Assembly: GCA_001643675.2 (NCBI GenBank)
Contig: LSRY02000021.1
Location: 1,302,001-1,366,000 of the forward strand
Direction of reading: 5' to 3'
DNA length: 64,000 bases
DNA from: Monocercomonoides exilis PA203
Lineage: Eukaryota > Protista > Preaxostyla
Shown here: piece after piece, positions 43,926 to 53,500 of the stretch
How the letters are laid out: each line of letters begins with the position of its first letter
How positions within the stretch are numbered: position 1 is the first letter of the stretch
The notes under the pieces: model-generated
Databases searched by the model: none
Seen by the model: only the letters and a program-made list of their open reading frames with translations
What the model was told of the DNA's origin: nothing
Made by a program: the position numbers and the translations under genes

Positions 43926-45361
43926 GAGTGCCACAAATAGCTGGTGCATGTTATTCGCCTCATCTATTTCTGCCTGCATGCTTTTTATTTTAAAGCTCAA
44001 ACAAAGCAAGGTGCGGTGTGAGCGAAGAAGAATTTAAGAATTAGAAAGAGAGAAAAATTAAACCTCAGCTATTGGATAGGGTGGATGAACATGAAAGGAA
44101 AACCCAAATGAAACCTGTATCAAGTTGATCAAGGAAGAGCTTTCTGCGGGGATGATGGGAAAAAGAATGATACAAATGATATTTTAAAAGAAAGAAGAAG
44201 AGAATTGAAATAAGGAGAAAAGATACAAAAGAAGATGAATGAATAAGCCAAATGGCTGTTTCATTTCGCAAGCTTTAAATGATTTATTGGTTAATAAAAA
44301 CAATTAAATAAAATGTGTTAATTTTTTTTTAATTTTCAAGATGAATTACAAAGTATTATTTAATTAAAATAATAAAAAATCAAAAGGCTTTCAAAATATC
44401 ATCTGTATATTTCTCGGGTTTGATGTGAGATATTGAAGAAAAAATATAAAAAATTTAATGAGCATAAGCTTAAAATAATAAATAAACTTATTCAACAATG
44501 AATCCACTTTCATAACTTCCAAGAAAAATCACGAAACAAAAAATATTACATTCATTCGAACAATGATTCGTCCCTTCCTTTTCATTGTGCAAAGAAAAAA
44601 AGAATCTAGCATTGTTATGAAAGTCTTTTGTGATTATCTTCATTCAATGCAAAAATCAAATTAAAAATTTTTGATCATCTTTCAATTCTTCCAGCTGTTA
44701 ATAACTCGTCCATTTCGCAATCCTCATCCTCAAGAACATTTGTTGAATGTTTGCACCATCAAAAATTTTTTTTCTATCACTCGTTTTTGAAGAACAATTT
44801 TTCAGTCGTAATGTTCAGTTGGTTTTTTTTTGAAAAATTGATCCCAATTTTTCAAGAGATAAAGATGAAGAAAGCTAACGATCCAAATTGATTGAAGATA
44901 TTGATATCCGCTTATCAACGTTGTCGGGAAAAAAAGATGAATGGGAAAAAAAAACGAAAATAACATTTTTTGAAGAGGAATTTGTCGAAGCCGAATCTTC
45001 AATATATTTGAAAGTTAAAACAATGAAAAGAAAACTTTATGATGACTGGCTTTGGTCATTTTTGTGAATTTTGTGAGCTTGTCAATAAAAAAATTGTTCA
45101 ATGAAATTTCTCTTTTGAAACAAACCATTTTCCGATGTTATTTCAATCTGGATGAATTGTTAAATTTCCTTGAAATCAAGTTTTCTTTGTGTGTTCTTGC
45201 TGCACGTGTTCAATATTGATTTGTTCCATAATAATTTGATTAAAGCGTTAAAAAACTTCATCGCACGATTCTATTTCACCTTCAGCAAAGCAAAATGCAA
45301 CTTTTTCACCAATTAGTATTTATTTCTAATTTTTGTCCAACATTGAAATGCAGACTTGCCT

Positions 45362-45379
45362 TGACGGTCATGACCGTCA
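45362..45379. repeat. Perfect 18-bp palindrome TGACGGTCATGACCGTCA
   Basis: Read directly. It is built from the same TGACG/CGTCA motif as the element's TIRs and subterminal repeats. Confidence 0.85.
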
Positions 45380-47535
45380 CCGACGATCTAAAATTCCTTT
45401 TTTGCCTATTCGTCAGTATCCCATTGTAAATTTTTTTTTGCAAAGTGAGAAAAAAATGTTTTTTGATTTTCTTATTATAAATAATAATTTATAATAATTA
45501 ATTAAAATAAATTATTTGATTTTTTTGAGTTTCAGCGAATAATTTTAAAAAAAAAATATTAGTGACGTGAATATTTCAGATGAGTCCGTCAGAATTGAAA
45601 TTTTTCACGTCAATGGTCATTACGTCACACAGGTTTAATTTCCTTTTTAATATTTGTTGTTTTGTTTGAAAGTATTGTAATTTTTATTTTTGTTTTTGTT
45701 TATTTCTTTATTTAATTCATTATTTTTTTTTATGCAGAAAAAATGGTTGTTTTAAAAAAAATTCTTTTTGTTAAATTTTTAAATTAAATAAAGTCGATTA
45801 TTTTCTCAAATCTCAATCGACGCTCAAGAAAATCACTGAAATAACAATTATAACTTGATAATACTATTACACACATTCTTGTTCAAATACATGAGTGGAA
45901 ACAAAAATTTGATAAAAATATAAAATTTATGTTTTATTTGAGAATAAAACTAAAGAAAATTAAAAAAAAAAATCACACAGATATTATTTCTTTTTCTTGT
46001 GCAGTGGAATTATTTAACAAGTCTGTCAAAAAATCGTAAAAAAAAAAACATCAGGTGTCAGTTAGTCACTCAGTGTTTTTTTGCATTTTGTATTAAAAAT
46101 TATCATTTTTTTAAGAAAATCTTTTGGAGTAATTTCTGAAATTAGAGAAGGAACCATCTGTTTGACTGATAAATAATTTGAATCAATCACGAACCGTTAT
46201 TCCATTAATTTTTTATAAAGAATTCAGAAAAGACCAATTTGGTGCGATAGAAGAGTTGATGTTCATCATTCATTCAGAAGTGCCTCGTAAAGAGCAATTA
46301 GGGTGATGTCTTTATTGGTAGCATGGAATACGAGAAGCTGCGATATCTTCAAACCGGGAAAATGCTTTGAATATTCGGTTTTTAAAAAAATCTCATGATT
46401 TTCCTCCCCCAAAACATAAAAATAAAAATGGTAATTATTCACTTTCCAGAGTTTGTTTTTTCCTTTTGCTTTGTGATTTCATTTCATTTCTTTTCTTTTC
46501 TTTTTTAAACAATTGAAATATGGAAACCCCCCGCTATCTGAAAAACAAGACATGAAAATAGGCCCATTGCTGGGACTAAAAATGGGCAAATGAAAGCATT
46601 CTTGTTGTGAAAAGACAAAAAGAAAATATGCTGACGATATTCTTTTTCACTCGACACATGTGCATCTTCTGGACAGATTATCACTTTTTGTTATTGTGAT
46701 CAGCAGGCATTTGTGTCCTTGCAACATCTTTGTCGATAAATCAAAACAGATTGTCCTCGCATTTGGCATGCACAAAATAAGGAAAGCGTGTGCACTCTCC
46801 AAAGCGCCCGTTTTCCGAGTTGGAGCACAAACAAGAGCAGATAGGCATCGTCTGGGTTTCTGATTTTATTGCTGTCTGGAGAGGCGAAGGATTCAGGGGT
46901 GGGGGTGGGTGAAAGAATGCTTCTGTGATGAGAACGCTGCCATCAAGCGAGATGCGCTTGTTGGAGCTGGAAGCATATTGCTCTTTGAATCGAGATTTTG
47001 GAACAGATTCCATTTCTTCGGGTCTTTGAAGGCACATGCACATTAAAGCTATTTATTATTTTCACAACAGCCTTGAAATGGATCGAAGCTTCTGTCAAAG
47101 AACTGGTGAAAAGAAAAGAAAAGAAAGGAGAGAAATGGAAAGAATTCTGCGTATTTGTTGATTGCCATGAATAAAAAAATAAAATAAAATAAAATAATAA
47201 ATATTTTTGCAGCATCTGCGCAGCTGCACCCGATCAAAAACGAAAGTCTGGCCAGCAAAACAAGATTACAAAACATACGAAAAGGCACGGTGATTGTGAG
47301 ATCACACATTGCTTGGATGGAGGTGCGCAGAAGCGAAGTGGCAATGCTGCTGGCTTGGAAACGCAACACAAACACCAAAAACTTGAATAGCTGAGAATGC
47401 TGCAAAAGCAATTGTCATTGATATTTCTTTCTTTTTTTTCTTTCTCCCCTTTTTTCTTCATTGCGCGATGCAAGCCAGACGGTGGGTGGTGCACAGGCAC
47501 ACAGACACACAGGCTCAAATGCTGGAGGGAGCCAG

Positions 47536-50500
47536 TCAAAACGAGGTGAGCGTCTCTGAGACAGCGGAAGCAGGCAAAGCGGAGGGAGGGGGGATGCCTG
47601 TGGCATCGACGAGGTCGATTGCGTCAGAGGCTGTGAGCATGGCAGAGGCAGGCGGAAACAGCGCGATGAACGCTTTCTTGAGCTCCTGGAGCGTGGGCCT
47701 GCTGTGGGGCTGCTGCGACATTGCGGCGCATGCTGTCTGGCCGAGCGAAATGCCCTCGCAGCTGCACAGTGTTGGCCTCTCCCCGTTCGCAATCTTCTGC
47801 CCGGCAGCTTCTGCTTCGTATTCCCCAAACGGGATCTGCAGCGTCAGGCACTCCCACACCATCATCCCGATCGAAAACACCACCGTCTTCTTTGTTGCGT
47901 GCCCCTTTGCGCCGCTCAGCAGCTCCGGCGCCTTCCACCGCATGCACTCCTTCCTGAAATCATCTTCATCCTCAAACGCCGATGAGGGCGGAGGCGATCC
48001 TCTGCCGTTCCCATTCGCACACGAGCAATCAGAGGAAGAGGTGGCAATAGTTGTGGTTGATGAGATGGACGAAGAGTCAGAATCATCTGAGGAGCAGTCG
48101 GAGTGGAGCGCAATGCAGATGACCATGTGTTCCGAGAACAGCACAATGTGCGGACTCAGATTGGCCAACGATTGGAGCGGGTTGTTCATTTCGTCGAAGG
48201 AGTGGAGCGCAAGATTTGCCACCCAGAACAGGATCTGAGCAGCTGTTTGCTCTCTTTCCTGCAGAGTTCCAATTGCCATCTCCTTTGTCTTGTTCCTCCC
48301 GTGAAGCAGCATGAACATCGAATCCCTCAGATCCACAATCAGCTTTTCGTGAGGCGATGAACAGGCCATTGCATCCACCAGATTCGACATCGACGAGGTG
48401 GTGGGGCACAGATCCTCTCCCCGAACAAAAGTGGATTCAGTGTCTGAAGTGTCTGTGGTTGAAGTGGATGAAATGGATGGTGATGGTGTTCGCTTTCTGG
48501 TCTCTTCCTCCTCCTCTTCTTTCTCATCCACCTTCTCCAGCATCCATTCTGGGATCTTGTCTGAATCCCTTCCCAAAATATATTCAGTTGATCCACTCTC
48601 AGAAAGAAGGTGCTCTGATGACTCCGAGTGTCCCAAACTTTTCTCATACACCCTCTTCTTCATCCTCTCTTCGTTCTTCTTCTCTGCCTCCCTCTCAGCT
48701 CTCCTCCACTGCTCTTCAGGCGACATCTCCATTGTCACCATCTCAATCAATTTCGGATCTTTTCTCACTGTATCATTCACAATCTCCCTCAGATCTTTCG
48801 CTTCATTCTTGACCTTTCTCCATCGAATTGTCACAACAATCGATACAATCAGAACAATCACAAGAATAACTGCCATGATTATAACAATAATCGGCCATAT
48901 AGATTTTTCTTTCTTTCCTCCTTCAACAATCTTTTCATCTCCTTTTGGTTCAGATTCACTTTTGTTCTTCAGAACAAAAGATTCTGTGGAAGATGGATTA
49001 GAAACATTTCCAAACAATATGCACACAGCCACTTCTGCTTCTGTTGGAGCAGAGCTTACCAAAGACGAACCTATCTTGCCCTGGACTTCTTCCTCAGAAA
49101 CAAACTCATCTTCCGCAAAAGCGTGAGTCTCGATTGAGCTGACATTGTTTATTTTTGACACAATCTGGAATCCCAGATTGCATGGCAGAAGAAGCGTCCC
49201 TCTGAAAGTCAGTTCAACAGTATCTTCTTTTTGAGTTGTTTCAACTGACTTCAGCGTTGGAATGAAGAACTCGGATGATCTTTCAGCAGCAATCCCCAAC
49301 AGCTTGCATCCTTCATTCAAAATCCAAAGTGAAGTATTTCTTTCCCATCCATCTCCTCCTTTCAAATCAACAACATTGAGTGTTCCGCTGCCTGTGCAGA
49401 ATACATTTCTTCTTGCAGACCTGTATCTTTCGATTCTTTTGCTGTTATTCTCAAACAAGCAGCTTTCGATAACAGCACTTCCACCACTGATCGACAGCCC
49501 GCCTTTTGAAGAGTTTGTGATCGATGTGTCCTTCATCTCCAGCAACCCTTCACACACATCAACAACCGATCCAGTCCATTTGCACACATCCTCATCTGCT
49601 CCATTCTTTTCGCTCTGATGCTCATCCTCACATCCAATCAGTTCGCATGACTGCAGAGACAGAGATGCCCCAGATGATATTTCCACCAAGCTCCCTTTCT
49701 CTGAAGGTGTGAAGCATCTTTCAAACGAACAATTCAACAATTGGCTTCTTGTTTTTTCACACGCCGACTCAACCACATGGGAATTGCTGCTGCTGCTGCT
49801 GCTGCTGGTGATGTTTGAGAACGATGATATGCCCATCTGCAGAACAACCCTTTCTCCAGCATCTTTCTCATTCACATGCTGATTCTTCCCCTTTGCCAGA
49901 GAAATAAAGTTTTCCCCACACAGCCGAATGTCAGATGCAGCCAGCTGCATGATGTTCACTGATGCACTCGACTCAACAATCATTGCAGTTGCAGTTGTTT
50001 TTATTGTGGATATCTCGATCTGGTTCAGAGTGGCAGCTGACCCACCCTTGAAGAGGAACAATGGCTGAGCTGTGCCCATCACACATATCGAGCTCTTCTC
50101 CATCTCAAACACTCCTCCTTCAACCACAATAACACTCGAATTGAGAGTAGACTCAACAGATGATGACTGCAGAGTGCAGCCTGAAAATGCCAACGATCCA
50201 TTCAATTGCTTCATAATCGCTGTGTGCTCTGCTGAGAAATGCTCGTCAAACGAAAACAAGCAGTCTTCGACCAAACACTCGTTTTCAAACAACATGATCC
50301 ACGATCCCTCAGACTCCTCTTCAATCGATGAATTGAAATGAATTGCTGATTGGTGTTTGGTGATCGACTTCAGCGTGAGATCGCTGACGACTGTCGGCTC
50401 AGCCACCACACTCGATGAGTCAACACATATCGCATTGAACAGCCCAGCCTGCACATGCCTCACTCCGTGTGACACGCTTCGACAAGGATTGTCCTGCTTC

Positions 50501-53500
50501 CCACACTGGTTGCTGTCTTCAGACTCCATCGACACAAACACCTGCGGCGTGTACAGAAATGTGATCAGCGGGATGAGATCGATGTCTGAATGTGCTGAGT
50601 CGCTCCCACAGATCGATGTGTTCATGCGCAGCGAGGGCTGCGAAAAGTCAAGAGCGAAAAGTGTTTCGTTGATCTGCTCACCGATCGAATGGCAGTTGAT
50701 AAACACATCCTTCCCCATGAATGCACTGTTCATCATGAATTGAACACTCGCAACGTGAAGAAGAAGCGGTTTGGAAGGGGTTTGAAAGGGAGCATCTGGA
50801 TCGCAAAAGTCCAGCATCATCCCGCCTCCTCTCCCTGTGCTCTCAGAACAAGCACACAACACAAATGTGCAGTTTTTCACTCCCAGGCTCGACTCCTCAT
50901 TCTTCATGTGCATCATCAGCCCTCCTCCTCTGTTGCTTTGCCGGCTGAGGCAGTTCCAGAACGTGCAGTTCTCCATTCCACACTTCAATCCAGCAAACTC
51001 ATCCACACCCAAAAACACTGATCCTTCCTCAGTTCTCGACACATTCTCGACTGTGACAGATGTCATGTTCATTGATGGGCAATCCACTGGCAAATCGGGT
51101 GAATCTCCTAAAGCCAACTGATTTGAATGGAGTCCAGTGGGGAAAACTGATATGAAACTGTCAGAAGAAACAGACGAATTGATGAACGATGTGTTGTGCA
51201 TGTGCGCTGAATGGAAATTGGCTGACAGTCGCAGAAAAGGATTTGCCAGAGACAAAGTCGCAAGTGCACAGTGCTCCAGGGAGACATCCCCTTCCGCAAT
51301 GTCAAGCACACACAAGGAAGAAGAAGAAGGAGACAAGGTGTCAGATGGAATGAACCTGCAAAGAGAGAAAGACACCGAATACACAGAGCGGATGAATGAT
51401 TTGTGGAACTCATATCTGCTCGGAAGATCGATTATTAGGTTTGAAAAGGAAGCATTCACCGAGTTGGAGATCAGCGAGCCATCATCCGAGGAATCTCCAT
51501 CACCAGATACGAACAAGTGCACAGCCTCATCACCTCCTTCAACTGAAATCAAAGGCCGGTTTTCATCAGACGGTTTGGAAGGCAGCAAGGATACTGAATG
51601 TTTGAGTGAAGCTGATCCTTCCACTTTGATGATCGATTTCTCCAAACCAACTGGAGAGAATCGCATTTTGATCATGTGGTCGATCGAGGAGCATGGCGCT
51701 TCTGAATATCCACATCCACTGAAGCCTCCTCCTTTCTCTTTCGAAACAAACCCTTTCCCACTCCAATTTGACCACAAATACACAACAAGCGGGATCTCAT
51801 ATTCTTCTCCTGTTGTCATCCCTTCCCATCCACACAACTCATCCAGTGATTCCAACTCCTCTGAACTCATCTCCCATTTCAAATGATCCTTGTTCACAAC
51901 TTCCCTCAAATCCCATCCTGAAACAAACAGATTCTTCCCTTTCCAGGCATTGCATCCCTCAAATGTCATTCCTTCCATCACAAATTTCTCTATTTCCTCT
52001 GGCAATGCAACAAACATTCCTCCTCCCATTCCCTTTCCTCCATCCTCAATATCCACTGACGGAACTTCACATTCAGACAAATTCACATTTTTCATTTCCA
52101 AACTCCCTCCACTTCCAATTAATATCATCATCCCTCCTCCTCTCAGTCCTTCTTCGTTTTTGCACTTTGATGATATGTTCGTGTTTTTGATCGATATGGT
52201 TCCTCCCCCACTCGTTTCCACTTTCACGCATCCTCCACTTCCTCCCTCGTTTGCCATCTCTGTCAATGTGCATCCCTCAACTGCCACTCGTGATGCTCCG
52301 TTCACATTGATTGGCGAAAGCTCAGCGAAAGTGATATCCTCAGAAACAACCAATCCTGTGAGCTCCAATTCACCTCCACTCACATGAATTAACGAAAATG
52401 CCACAGAGCTCGCAAGAGTGTCAGCTGAAAATACAATCGAAATATTGCTCAAAGAGAGAAAGATTGATGACTGAATAATCGAAGATATTGAGGAAGGAAG
52501 AACACGAGGAAGAGCAAAAGAGAGAAAAGACAGAGAAAAGCTGCCAGAGCACTGAATAACATTGTGGCAGTCAGTGGAGATATTGTCAGTCAAGCCAACA
52601 TTCACCAAGGGATATTGGCTCGAAGAAGATGATGCAGATGAAGAAGAAATTGATATTTGAGATGTTTGAAACAACGGCACAACAAACGGATTCTTGATCG
52701 ATGCTGATGATATCACTTCCATCGCATTCACAAGCTCATTCACTCGCTCACGAACACAGAAGTCGATTGTTGAACAGCAGAAAACGGAATATCCGCAATG
52801 CGAATGATCTGCACCACTCCTTTCGTCAACTGATATGGGAGATTCAAAATCACACAAATACACACACAGCGGAATAACTGGCAACGATGTCCCATCCTCG
52901 CATCCACACAACTTCTCTTCATTATTCATGCAGTTTCCATCTTTGAAGAATCCAAAGGATGCTTGATCAATTATCTCTTCCAACAAAAGCCCGCTTCCAC
53001 ACTGAACAAACACATCACTTCCATGAAAAGCTCTGTTTGGGTTTTCTTCAGAAAATATCACAGATTCATAAATGGTGAAATCCGATTCAGTCGAATCAAC
53101 ATTTATGAACAACCCTCCTCCTCTCCCCTTTTCCTCAAGACTTCCTGCACAACATCCCTCAAACATTGTTGTTCCATTCACAATCAACTCTCCTTTCCAT
53201 TCTCCTCTCATCCCCAGACCACCACCATCTTTTCCTGCTGACACATTCTCAAAATGGCAGTTTTCAACAACAACACTCCCAGAGGATGCATCATTTCTCT
53301 CAATTATTCCTCCACTTCCTGATTCCCTTTGAATCGATGTGATGTTTGTGTTCACCACGTGCAACACCGATCCAGACTGATTCACATTGAATGAAATCAA
53401 ACTGTCAGAAATGAAATTCATGTCAGAAATTCCAACTCCTGACAATTCCACATTTCCTCCAAATATCTGCATGAAAGACACCTCAAGCAGCAATTTACTG

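Larger units (their letters stand above)
42587..45637. mobile_element. Non-autonomous hAT-like DNA transposon (Pack-type) with 21-bp TIRs and 8-bp TSD ATTTCCTT
   Basis: TIRs taaacctgtgtgacgt(g/a)atga at 42587-42607 and 45617-45637 (1 mismatch). Identical ATTTCCTT at 42579-42586 and 45638-45645. Subterminal TGACG/CGTCA motifs at both ends. No intact transposase. Confidence 0.82.

Noticed and set aside
44500-45350. Residual transposase inside the hAT-like element
   Set aside because: Minus-strand frames look like decayed coding sequence, but no BED finger, DDE or hAT dimerisation motif could be recognised.
42586-45638. piggyBac/Kolobok assignment from TTAA at both ends
   Set aside because: TTAA overlaps the TIR/TSD junction. 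An exact 8-bp duplication (ATTTCCTT) outside TAAACC...GGTTTA explains the flanks better.
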